Source: a virus (Duplodnaviria; Caudoviricetes). Taken from it: DNA of 50,649 nucleotides. The stretch covers positions 1 to 50,649 of IMG/VR virus record IMGVR_UViG_3300005534_000003. One strand, written 5' to 3'. Positions 17,884 through 26,362 of the stretch are shown here, piece by piece. The position numbers and the translations under genes were made by a program. The notes beneath the pieces were generated by a model. The model ran no database searches and was not told the origin of the DNA. It worked only from the letters and a program-made list of their open reading frames with translations. Numbering within the stretch: position 1 is the stretch's first letter; every line of letters starts with the position of its first letter.

Positions 17884-18278
17884 TGTCAAAGTATATTAAA
17901 ACACAAAAAACTCGCGTTAGACAAAGTAAAGATGCAAGTTTTAGTGAGAGTTCACCCTATTGGGATGATGTTAGACAGCATGGGCGTACTGGAAACAATG
18001 AAGAATGGGACGAACATCCCCAAGCAAATCCCGATGTATTGCCTGAAACGGATATAGCCGCTCCTTCGACTCCTCAACTCTTAATGGGCGAAGCGATTGA
18101 ACATCTGCAAGGGCGACAAAAAGAAGTGTATTTTTTAATTATGCGAGAGAATAAGTCTGAATCTGAAGTCGCAGAAATTCTAGATATTCCAAGAGGAAAT
18201 GTAAGTAAATATAAAAAACGTGCGGTAAAATTCATCTCACAATATTGTAAAGCGGCAATAGCAAAAGGGAGAGTATAA
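17883..18278 (+). CDS. Sigma70 region-4 HTH protein (transcription regulator)
   Basis: AIEHLQGRQKEVYFL...SESEVAEILDIPRGNVSKYKKRA; no evident region 2. Confidence 0.8.
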   Translation: MSKYIKTQKTRVRQSKDASFSESSPYWDDVRQHGRTGNNEEWDEHPQANPDVLPETDIAAPSTPQLLMGEAIEHLQGRQKEVYFLIMRENKSESEVAEILDIPRGNVSKYKKRAVKFISQYCKAAIAKGRV

Positions 18279-18454
18279 TGCCTAAACTAGATGGTGGTAC
18301 ATGGGTTGATATGTTTGGCGTAGTTATTCTTATCCGGTTGATATTGCCTCTTTTCCATTTTCCGCCGATGACATATGCGGAAGCGGGAATTTGGGGAACA
18401 ACGATAGCCTCATTTGCCTATAGTAATACGGGCAACGGACCCAAACAATCGTGA
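18278..18454 (+). CDS. Small membrane protein (holin-like)
   Basis: Hand translation MPKLDGGTWVDMFGVVILIRLILPLFHFPPMTYAEAGIWGTTIASFAY...; two hydrophobic segments. Confidence 0.5.
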   Translation: MPKLDGGTWVDMFGVVILIRLILPLFHFPPMTYAEAGIWGTTIASFAYSNTGNGPKQS

Positions 18455-18575
18455 AGATACTTTTAGCAATGGTGACGGGAGCAGTGACTAGTGCGGCATG
18501 GATCGCGCCAAAGCCTTGGCACTACTTGCTCGCGATTGTTTCGCTGGTGTTGTTTATAGTCACACGGGAGATACC

Positions 18576-19076
18576 ATGATACGATTACGTTATAAGATTT
18601 TAGCCATTCTAGCATTGCTCGCTGGTATAGTCGGATGGTTGCATTTCAAGCGGCCTATTCCAACGATCACACTGCCTGGAGTAGATGGGACGACTTTAAC
18701 CAAAAGACGTACTGACGAAAGCAAATTAAAGTTGCCAGACTATGGACATGGGAACATTATCATAGTCAAGAAAGAAGGAAATAAAACTGTGACAACGATT
18801 ACACCAAAGGTTATGGGAATGCCGTTTGACTTTGGTGCGTCCGGTGCGATTGGTGGAAAGAATACGGAACTATATCTGACCACGGAAATAGCTTACTATC
18901 GCCATGCGGAACTTTTAACCGGAGTGGGCATATCGTATCCTATCATTCATCCTCGCGTTATGCTCGCTGTCGGTTATCGTTTACCGTGGAAAGATGTAGA
19001 TAATATTTCGTTGTTTGCGGGATACAATTTTAACTACCCTATCGTCGGAATTTATGGACGATTTGGGTCAAACTAA
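18576..19076 (+). CDS. Membrane-anchored protein with amphipathic beta-strand C-terminal domain
   Basis: N-terminal TM helix; Gly/aromatic strands (LAVGYRL, SLFAGYNF, VGIYGRF). Confidence 0.65.
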   Translation: MIRLRYKILAILALLAGIVGWLHFKRPIPTITLPGVDGTTLTKRRTDESKLKLPDYGHGNIIIVKKEGNKTVTTITPKVMGMPFDFGASGAIGGKNTELYLTTEIAYYRHAELLTGVGISYPIIHPRVMLAVGYRLPWKDVDNISLFAGYNFNYPIVGIYGRFGSN

Positions 19077-19095
19077 GACCAAAGGAGAAAACGAA

Positions 19096-19455
19096 ATGGG
19101 TAGAACAATCGCAGATGAAAATGGTGGCGGAGGAGACTTTAATCCAACCGCTATGTTGAGAGAAGCAGGAGCGATGCTCAAGGGTATTCTCGTGGGCAAG
19201 CGCGATGTGAAGACGCAATATGGTGCAAAGCCAGTCTATACGTTTCAAGTATTGGATGCTTCATGTAAGTTCATGGCCAATAAAGCTGAAGTACAGCCCG
19301 CTGAAGGCGATAAGGTCGATGCCTTTGCGCCGACACGGTTGGCTCGCCAATTAGCGCATGTGAACACTGGCGAAACAGTGACGATTACTTATGCAGGGCA
19401 GAAGAAAGTAGGACGCGGTAATCCTGCGCATATATTCACAGTTGAGGTGGAATAA
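19096..19455 (+). CDS. OB-fold / ssDNA-binding-like protein
   Basis: AAGGAG RBS; GETVTITYAGQKK...AHIFTV pattern; replication context. Confidence 0.5.
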   Translation: MGRTIADENGGGGDFNPTAMLREAGAMLKGILVGKRDVKTQYGAKPVYTFQVLDASCKFMANKAEVQPAEGDKVDAFAPTRLARQLAHVNTGETVTITYAGQKKVGRGNPAHIFTVEVE

Positions 19456-19615
19456 ATGAGAATATTTACACAATTCGGCAATTTCACATTGGATGCCGAC
19501 CAAGTGTTGCATAGCGATCCAACGAGTAATCTAGTGAAAGTTTGCAAAAACTATAAAGAAGTAGCCGTATTTCGTGCGAGTGATGTTAAAGGCTATATTT
19601 TGGAGGAAAAACAAG

Positions 19616-19921
19616 ATGCCATTGCTTAAAAAAACAAATGGAGCCGTTGTAGAGCCACCGAAGCAAGACGCACCTACGCCCGCGCAAGCGGCGCATGTAG
19701 CCGCTGTGAAAAGGACCGTAGGAAAAGCCGCAAGTAGTGAAACCATGTCGAAAGCTGATTGGGCTGCAAAAGACTTGCGTATCTCGCGTCAAGGATTGTT
19801 CCAAGCCGCGCTTCAAAGCACCGGCCTATTGCAGCTGAACACCGGCAATACCCTCGAAGACTACCTCAAGCTCGTCGAACAAGCCGCTGAACGCGGATTG
19901 CAATTCGTGAATAGGGCCTAA
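19616..19921 (+). CDS. Hypothetical protein
   Basis: GGAGG RBS; DWAAKDLRISRQG motif. Confidence 0.65.
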   Translation: MPLLKKTNGAVVEPPKQDAPTPAQAAHVAAVKRTVGKAASSETMSKADWAAKDLRISRQGLFQAALQSTGLLQLNTGNTLEDYLKLVEQAAERGLQFVNRA

Positions 19922-20562
19922 TGCCACATAGCGAGTGCTTCATCGACGGAATTTGGTATCCAAGCGTGACGACTATCATGCGCGCTGAACCAAAGCCGTG
20001 GCTTGATAATTGGCGCGAGAAGTGGGGTACACGAGCTACGCGTAAAATGGATATCGCCGCTGCTGTTGGAACGGCATTCCATGATTGTGTCGAGCAGTAT
20101 CTTGACACGGGAAAATTCACGGCGAGAATGGAAAAATATTCGTCTTGTATTCCCCGCGTAGTAGGGATGATGGAGTCATGGATTGATTGGGCTGTGAACG
20201 TGGATGGCACAATAGATCATACGGAATTGAAAGTGATAAGTAAATTGTATACCTATAGCGGTACGTTTGACGCTGTGGGCCATATCGGTAAAGCACTTAG
20301 GCTGATCGACTGGAAAACGAGTAGTCGCATTTATGATGACTTCGAGTTGCAATTAGCCGCCTATGCTCAAGCATATAAAGAACAAACAGGCGTCGATGTT
20401 AGAGTTGGGTTGATCGTTCACGTCTCCAAAGATAAACCGCGATTCAAATTGACGACGAAAGAGTTCAAACTCGGGAAGCGTGTGTTAAGTAAATTCTTAA
20501 AGCTGCGGGCAATGTTCGATGAAATACAAACACCCGCTGAAGGAGTGACAGCAGATGAATAG
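19921..20562 (+). CDS. PD-(D/E)xK (Cas4/RecB-like) exonuclease
   Basis: YPSVTTI...GTAFH...E...YSGTFD...IDWKTS...QLAAY. Confidence 0.88.
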   Translation: MPHSECFIDGIWYPSVTTIMRAEPKPWLDNWREKWGTRATRKMDIAAAVGTAFHDCVEQYLDTGKFTARMEKYSSCIPRVVGMMESWIDWAVNVDGTIDHTELKVISKLYTYSGTFDAVGHIGKALRLIDWKTSSRIYDDFELQLAAYAQAYKEQTGVDVRVGLIVHVSKDKPRFKLTTKEFKLGKRVLSKFLKLRAMFDEIQTPAEGVTADE

Positions 20563-21598
20563 TTGGCATTCTTATAGTTCGATTTTCAACATGGGCCATA
20601 AGGCGATAGCAGATTTGCTCAAAGGGCCGGTATATGTCGAAGAGAAAGTGGACGGCTCACAATTCTCATTCGGCTTAATCGAAACATCCGAATTTGAACA
20701 ATCCCGAGGGAAAGAACCTTTTAAATTGCGGGTTCGTTCTAAAGGGGTTGAAATGGTGTTGGATGCGCCCGATAAGATGTTTTCATTGGCTGTCGCCACC
20801 GTAAAAGAGTTGAAAGATAAACTCCATCCTGGGTGGACATACCGTTGTGAATATCTTCGCGCACCTAAGCATAATGCTTTAATCTACAAACGTATCCCCG
20901 AGAAACATCTTATTATATTTGACATCGAAATCAACGAATGCGAGTTTCTTTCGTATCAAGAGAAGTTTGCTGAAGCTCAACGTTTGGGACTCGAAACTGT
21001 TCCATTATTGCACGAAGGAATTGTCAAAGACATCGAGGAATTCCGTCATTTCTTGAACTTGCAAAGCATTCTTGGTGGTCAAAATATTGAAGGCGTCGTA
21101 GTGAAGCCAGTAGGTTATGGCTTGTTTGGCAAGGATAAGAAAGTGCTTATGGGCAAATTCGTGAGCGAGGCATTCAAGGAAGTGCACGCACATATGTGGA
21201 AGGCCGACAATCCCACGGTCAATGACATTGTGGCAGCTCTTGGCACATCCTATGGCACACAAGCGCGTTGGCAGAAAGCTTTGCAGCATCTTTTGGAACA
21301 GGGGCTTATCACAGATGCACCGCAGGACATCGGCTTATTGATGAAAGAAGTACCAGTGGACATTAAGCGCGAGTGCCACGAAGAGATCATGGACAAGCTT
21401 TTCGCGTTTGCATGGCCGCACATATCGAGAATGGTCGTGCGAGGCTTGCCGGAATGGTACAAAGATTTGCTTTTGAAGAAACAATTTGAGAGGGAGGACA
21501 ACAATGAAAAAGCCCCCGTCGAACAAGCGGCAAGCGGTGAAGAAAATCAAAGTGTGCATTCGGGAGAGTCGGAAGCTGGCGCGGCAAATCAATCGTAA
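20555..21598 (+). CDS. ATP-dependent RNA ligase (Rnl2-like)
   Basis: Motif I EEKVDGSQ, IIFDI, VPLL, IEGVVVK, GKFVSEAFKE. Confidence 0.8.
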   Translation: MNSWHSYSSIFNMGHKAIADLLKGPVYVEEKVDGSQFSFGLIETSEFEQSRGKEPFKLRVRSKGVEMVLDAPDKMFSLAVATVKELKDKLHPGWTYRCEYLRAPKHNALIYKRIPEKHLIIFDIEINECEFLSYQEKFAEAQRLGLETVPLLHEGIVKDIEEFRHFLNLQSILGGQNIEGVVVKPVGYGLFGKDKKVLMGKFVSEAFKEVHAHMWKADNPTVNDIVAALGTSYGTQARWQKALQHLLEQGLITDAPQDIGLLMKEVPVDIKRECHEEIMDKLFAFAWPHISRMVVRGLPEWYKDLLLKKQFEREDNNEKAPVEQAASGEENQSVHSGESEAGAANQS

Positions 21599-21677
21599 AC
21601 TTGCATCATTGGCGGAATGGAACAAAGCCATTCAAGCGGCCAAGGAAGAATTGGTGAAACTATGCGGGCTAAAATGA
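21504..21677 (+). CDS. Small basic helical protein overlapping the ligase 3' end
   Basis: GGGAGG RBS before ATG 21504. Confidence 0.55.
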   Translation: MKKPPSNKRQAVKKIKVCIRESRKLARQINRKLASLAEWNKAIQAAKEELVKLCGLK

Positions 21678-21767
21678 TAGACTTATTTGATGCAATTATC
21701 GAAAGGATTATTTTATGGTCACTAAGATAAAGAAATGTCGATGCAAGTATTGTCGGGAGCGTGAAGC

Positions 21768-23360
21768 ATGGATAGACCTAGGGAGATGATGATGCAACAC
21801 GCATTACGCTACGCCGCCGATGGCTTCGCTGTGTTTCCCGTCTACGAACCGACGTGGAATCATCTTTTAGATGGTTGTGCGGCACTTGAATGTTCATGCG
21901 GGAAGTTTGGATGCAAAGGTAAACATCCGCGCACGGCAAATGGATGCACCGATGCAACGACGGATGCCGCTACGATAAAGGAATGGTGGACAAAATGGCC
22001 AAACGCGAGCGTGGGCATAGCGACTGGGAAAAAGAGTGGTTTAGCGGTAATAGATTTGGATGGTCCCGAAGGGATAATTTCGGGAAGACGTTTAGGGCTC
22101 TCATCATTAGTCACGGCCTTGACGGGGAGTGGCAGTCAGTTATTTTATGCGGACCCTGGGGGCCGACTAAAGAATTCTGTGAAGAAATTAGCGGGAGGGG
22201 TCGATACGCGTGGCGAAGGTGGCTATATAGTCTCCCCGCCAAGCCTTCATCCGAATGGAAAGAGATATTGTTGGAAAACAACACCACTATCGCGTATCGC
22301 TCTACCCCCACTCCCGCAAAGCCTCGCGGAAGAACCTTCAAAGCCAGCTGGATTGACGAGTACAATTCGTAAGCCTGATGGATGGATTGCTGCCGCTCTT
22401 GAGGAGATGAAAAAAGGCCATGTACACAATACTCTTATCAGTGTTCTCGGTAAATTTAGAGTACATAACTTCAGCGAAGAAGATACATTCAAGCTCTTGC
22501 ACCCTTATGCACTTGTTGACGGTAGACCCTATGAAGGACTTCGAGATAAAATTACAGAGATTTGGCGACGTTACCCGCAGACTAATACTGGGTCCGAGCG
22601 GTCTGAGTCAATAGATACATTCCTAGAGGATATAAAAGAGGTGGACTGGATATGCAAACCCTATATAGCAAAAAAATCAATCGGTTTCGTCGCTGGCTTG
22701 CCCGAAACACTAAAAACGTGGTTGTGTGCCGATTTAGCTGTGGAGTGTGCTCGGGGCGATGGCATGTGGCTTGGGATGTTTCCGGTGACAAACTGCAAGA
22801 TTTTATTCATCGACCAGGAGCGATGGAAAGGAGAAACGCAGAGGCGTTTCGGCTCCATCCTTGCAGCCAAGGGAATCTCCCATTCGCAACTCAGAGATTC
22901 ATTGAGTGTGAAATCTGGAACGACCATACGCTTAAACTTAGACTCCTCGTTCCAAGCTTTCCGAACAGAACTTCTGGAGATGCGGCCTGATTTAGTTATC
23001 GTCGATAGCTTTGTAGCCTTTCATACTGTGCCCGAGAATGATAAAGCGGAGATTCAAAAAGTGTTAGAACGAGTGAAATCGCTACGAAATGAAATTGGTT
23101 GTACGTTTTTATTCATCCACCATGAAAACAAGAATGCTTATCCAAACGGTGAACCGCAAGGCGAACCGAATATGAGCACTTTGTCTGGAAGCACAGGAAT
23201 ACCGGCTGCCGCTGAGTTTTGTCTCATTGTTCGTAAAGTTGAAGAGAATATGTCAATGGTTTGGCATGTCAAAAGCACAATGGCAAAAAAGACAAAACCG
23301 TTTTATGCTTCTGTGCAAGATGTGGATAATGGGATTGTTGTTCGCGGATTAAATGACTAA
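21768..23360 (+). CDS. Bifunctional primase-polymerase fused to a RecA-like (AAA_25) helicase
   Basis: CSCG...C.GKHP, GIATG...VIDLD, VDTRGEGGYIVSPPSLHPNG; Walker B LVIVDS; FIHH. Confidence 0.88.
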   Translation: MDRPREMMMQHALRYAADGFAVFPVYEPTWNHLLDGCAALECSCGKFGCKGKHPRTANGCTDATTDAATIKEWWTKWPNASVGIATGKKSGLAVIDLDGPEGIISGRRLGLSSLVTALTGSGSQLFYADPGGRLKNSVKKLAGGVDTRGEGGYIVSPPSLHPNGKRYCWKTTPLSRIALPPLPQSLAEEPSKPAGLTSTIRKPDGWIAAALEEMKKGHVHNTLISVLGKFRVHNFSEEDTFKLLHPYALVDGRPYEGLRDKITEIWRRYPQTNTGSERSESIDTFLEDIKEVDWICKPYIAKKSIGFVAGLPETLKTWLCADLAVECARGDGMWLGMFPVTNCKILFIDQERWKGETQRRFGSILAAKGISHSQLRDSLSVKSGTTIRLNLDSSFQAFRTELLEMRPDLVIVDSFVAFHTVPENDKAEIQKVLERVKSLRNEIGCTFLFIHHENKNAYPNGEPQGEPNMSTLSGSTGIPAAAEFCLIVRKVEENMSMVWHVKSTMAKKTKPFYASVQDVDNGIVVRGLND

Positions 23361-23468
23361 ATGGCCAATCGAATTCTTTATTGCTTTTGGTGCCATCGGC
23401 GAAATCGAAAAGGTTGTTGCGAAATTTGTTGGCTTGATTTCACTCGTTTCATGCTAGGGAGGGATTAA

Positions 23469-23828
23469 GTGCGGAACTTTTGGACTTTTGTAGAAATGAG
23501 ACCAAAAAGCGAATGCCTGTTTTGGAAAGGCTCTAAGAATCCCAAAGGTTATGGTTTGTTAGGGCCTCAATATAAACCGTATCGACGTGCTCATCGTTAT
23601 GCCTGGTTTCTATCGAATGGTCAAATACCGAAAGGTATGTTTATTTTGCATGTTTGCGACAATCCTAGTTGTGTAAATATTGGTCATTTAAAATTGGGAA
23701 CGGCAAAAGAGAATACCCAAGATATGATGGATAAAGGTCGTAATAACTATAATGCGGCAAGATTAAAACAAGTGGGATTTAAAAAAGGTAATCCTGGTTA
23801 TGGCTATAGGAGAAATAAAAATGCATGA
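23469..23828 (+). CDS. HNH homing endonuclease
   Basis: CLFWKG...GYG...AHRYAW...LHVCDNPSCVNIGHL.GT..EN..D. Confidence 0.9.
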   Translation: MRNFWTFVEMRPKSECLFWKGSKNPKGYGLLGPQYKPYRRAHRYAWFLSNGQIPKGMFILHVCDNPSCVNIGHLKLGTAKENTQDMMDKGRNNYNAARLKQVGFKKGNPGYGYRRNKNA

Positions 23829-24252
23829 TTGGTCTGACGAAAACGTAGACTGGCAAGGTATAAATGATGCCGCCGAATATATCGGCGATTGGCTGAATAA
23901 GTGGGCACGGCTCGGAAATTCTCAAAAAGAAAAGTGGGGAACTGTTCGTGTCAATATTCTTTCGTTTGGTTGGCACGGAATTTATCCGATCTATCGACCA
24001 GGATATTATTGGTATCCAACATGGTGGCCTATGCGTTTAGATTTTTGGCTCGCAAATACTAAAGTTTGGCAGTGGTTTAATAAATTGGTTATTCTTCTTC
24101 AGCAAAGGGCTTATGTATGGATATATAAAAGAGCGGTACAGAAATGGCCCCATTTGTATAAAGAGATTGTTAGTCAAGCAGATTATGGGGAATTGTTTGA
24201 AGGGAAGATACCAGGCTATAAACACTCGGACTATTGGAGAACAGTGTGCTAA
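23821..24252 (+). CDS. Hypothetical Trp-rich phage protein
   Basis: AGGAG RBS; QKEKWGTVR motif. Confidence 0.65.
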   Translation: MHDWSDENVDWQGINDAAEYIGDWLNKWARLGNSQKEKWGTVRVNILSFGWHGIYPIYRPGYYWYPTWWPMRLDFWLANTKVWQWFNKLVILLQQRAYVWIYKRAVQKWPHLYKEIVSQADYGELFEGKIPGYKHSDYWRTVC

Positions 24253-24257
24253 AATTC

Positions 24258-24755
24258 ATGCCTAAAAAGTATCTTCTCAAGGATGGTAGCATTTACTGGC
24301 ATAAATTGTATTTCGATTTGATGCCCGATTGGACCACAAAGGCTGGCCCCCTAGGTGGTAATTACAACTATGCCTATTATTTCGTTAAGCCGTCGAAATT
24401 GGTCGAAGATTGGTACTATCAAGCGAAATGGTTCATTCAGCGCGGATACCGAGGATACTCAGATAGTGATGTATGGGGATGGTATTCTCATATGGCTAGA
24501 ATCAATGTCGCGGCTTTACGGCGGTTGGCGGATAACAAGATAGGACATCCTTGCGGTATGACGATGAAAGGATGGCATATGCGCCTTCTCAAGATGGCAG
24601 ACGGATTTCAAGCAGTTATAGATGAGGAAGATGACATGATTTCGTACAAACGCCTTAGTCGCAAAGAATATTTATCATTATGTAGGCATCGCCAAAGGCG
24701 TCTTGAGGCGGGATTAAAATTGTACAGCAAATGTTTTCAAAACCTATGGGATTGA
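24258..24755 (+). CDS. Hypothetical phage protein
   Basis: FIQRGYRGYSDSDVW...FQNLWD pattern common in phages; exact start uncertain. Confidence 0.65.
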   Translation: MPKKYLLKDGSIYWHKLYFDLMPDWTTKAGPLGGNYNYAYYFVKPSKLVEDWYYQAKWFIQRGYRGYSDSDVWGWYSHMARINVAALRRLADNKIGHPCGMTMKGWHMRLLKMADGFQAVIDEEDDMISYKRLSRKEYLSLCRHRQRRLEAGLKLYSKCFQNLWD

Positions 24756-24763
24756 GGTATACT

Positions 24764-24955
24764 ATGACTAAAATTTGTCCTATTTGCGACTATGGCCTCA
24801 AAGACGGTGATGATGTGGTTGCCATCATGGTGGCCAAGTTTAAGATGTTAGACAGTGATACTACCTTTGCTATTGAACACCCAACAAGGTGTATTGAAAT
24901 TGTTCACAACGAATGTTTCGACTGGGAAGATTACCCTGAAGAGGAGAGTAACTAA
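24764..24955 (+). CDS. Small zinc-binding protein
   Basis: GAGG RBS; CPIC...HNEC. Confidence 0.55.
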   Translation: MTKICPICDYGLKDGDDVVAIMVAKFKMLDSDTTFAIEHPTRCIEIVHNECFDWEDYPEEESN

Positions 24956-24956
24956 C

Positions 24957-25400
24957 GTGAAGAATCTGAAATACGACTGCTATCTCGCGGGAGCTATGCA
25001 CAAGCGGCTCGGACGAGATGTGCTTGCGGAACGCGAGAACGCAAAAGTGATTTGCAAGCAACTTGGCCTTAAATATTATGATCCGGCGGAAGACGAGTTA
25101 ATCAAACCCCATTTGGTCATTGATGCGAAGCCAGATATGCGGCGAATGAAATGGTATGTCGCGAAGGACTTTAAGAATCTCGACAAATGCAAATCCGTGG
25201 TGGTGCTCACTGGTGATAGCTCAAGTTCCGGTACCGCGTGGGAAATGGCTCGCATGTATTTCAAGCATAAGCGGCCCATCATCCTCGTAGCCCCACGTAT
25301 GTATGACCGGCAACTCACCAACTTCACAACGATACTCGCCACAAAAATATGTGCGACGCAGAAACAAGCGTTAGCGTATCTCAAACGGAGGCTAAAATGA
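24957..25400 (+). CDS. Nucleoside 2-deoxyribosyltransferase / nucleotide N-hydrolase-like protein
   Basis: YLAGAM...YDP...D...SSGTAWEM...PI; GTG start after AGGAG. Confidence 0.75.
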   Translation: MKNLKYDCYLAGAMHKRLGRDVLAERENAKVICKQLGLKYYDPAEDELIKPHLVIDAKPDMRRMKWYVAKDFKNLDKCKSVVVLTGDSSSSGTAWEMARMYFKHKRPIILVAPRMYDRQLTNFTTILATKICATQKQALAYLKRRLK

Positions 25401-25537
25401 AGGTATTTCGCGTCATAGATAATAGTGATTGTGTTCTCACAACCGCAGATGAGTTAACCGCATTGCGCTTGCTCCAAAGAATTATGGAAAAGCATGATGT
25501 GACGTGGGGCTGGGTAGATACTGAGGAGGTAAAGTAA

Positions 25538-25795
25538 ATGCCATACATCGACAAGGCTATACGGGCATCGTTGGAAGACGGTCGCAAAGCAACAAAACCA
25601 GGAGAATTGAATTTCTTAATTAGCGAGCTGGTGGATAATTACTTGATGGGAAGAGGAGTCTCATACACCTCGTTGAATGAGGTCATAGGTGTATTGGCAT
25701 GTGTTCAAGCAGAAATATACAGACGCGTAGCCGCGCCATACGAGGACAAGAAACAATCCGAGAATGGCGATGTATTTAAGAGTGTGTCTCGATGA
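25538..25795 (+). CDS. Conserved phage protein (DUF6899-like)
   Basis: MPYI...GELNF...Y...NEVIGVL...EIYRRVAAPYEDKK..ENGDV. Confidence 0.75.
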   Translation: MPYIDKAIRASLEDGRKATKPGELNFLISELVDNYLMGRGVSYTSLNEVIGVLACVQAEIYRRVAAPYEDKKQSENGDVFKSVSR

Positions 25796-25961
25796 ATTGG
25801 CGACCGAAGCTTTGGTTTTTCAATTCGGGTAGTTCAGTAATCATCGCTGTCATATTCGCATCGGCGGGTAGGCCGATTTGTTTTGTTTTCGGAGCATTGG
25901 GTGCCTTCTATTGGCATATGGGAAATATAGCTATTGAACAGTACAAATAGGGAGAATAAAC

Positions 25962-26342
25962 ATGAGTTTTGACACGAAAGACAGTGGAAAACGCGAGGAA
26001 TTCACGACAGGAATGGTGAGGGACACACAAGATGACAAACCACGATATGATCTCATTGATGCGGTATTTCTCAAGCGTTGGGCCGAGCTTATGGCAAGAG
26101 GAGCACGAAAATATGGCGAGAATAATTGGCGAAAAGCTGCTACAGAAGAAGAACTTAGACGTTTTAAGGCAAGCGCAATTCGCCACATGTATCAATGGCT
26201 CAGCGGCGATCTTGATGAGGACCATGCCGTTGCAGTTGCGTTTAATTTGGCCGGAGCAGAAATGGTTAAAGAAAAACTCAAAATGCAAGTAAAAGAAAAC
26301 ACTTGTTTAACATGTGAAGGAACAGGAGAGATGCCATTCTAA
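25962..26342 (+). CDS. dATP/dGTP diphosphohydrolase-domain protein (DUF5664-like)
   Basis: GMVRD...KPRYDLI...GARKYGENNWRK...SAIRH...EDHA...N. Confidence 0.8.
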   Translation: MSFDTKDSGKREEFTTGMVRDTQDDKPRYDLIDAVFLKRWAELMARGARKYGENNWRKAATEEELRRFKASAIRHMYQWLSGDLDEDHAVAVAFNLAGAEMVKEKLKMQVKENTCLTCEGTGEMPF

Positions 26343-26362
26343 CTTACGAGGGCAAGCGCATC

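Noticed and set aside
19921-20562. Cas4 as part of a CRISPR system
   Set aside because: No repeat-spacer array or other cas gene seen; ordinary phage PD-(D/E)xK exonuclease in a replication cluster.
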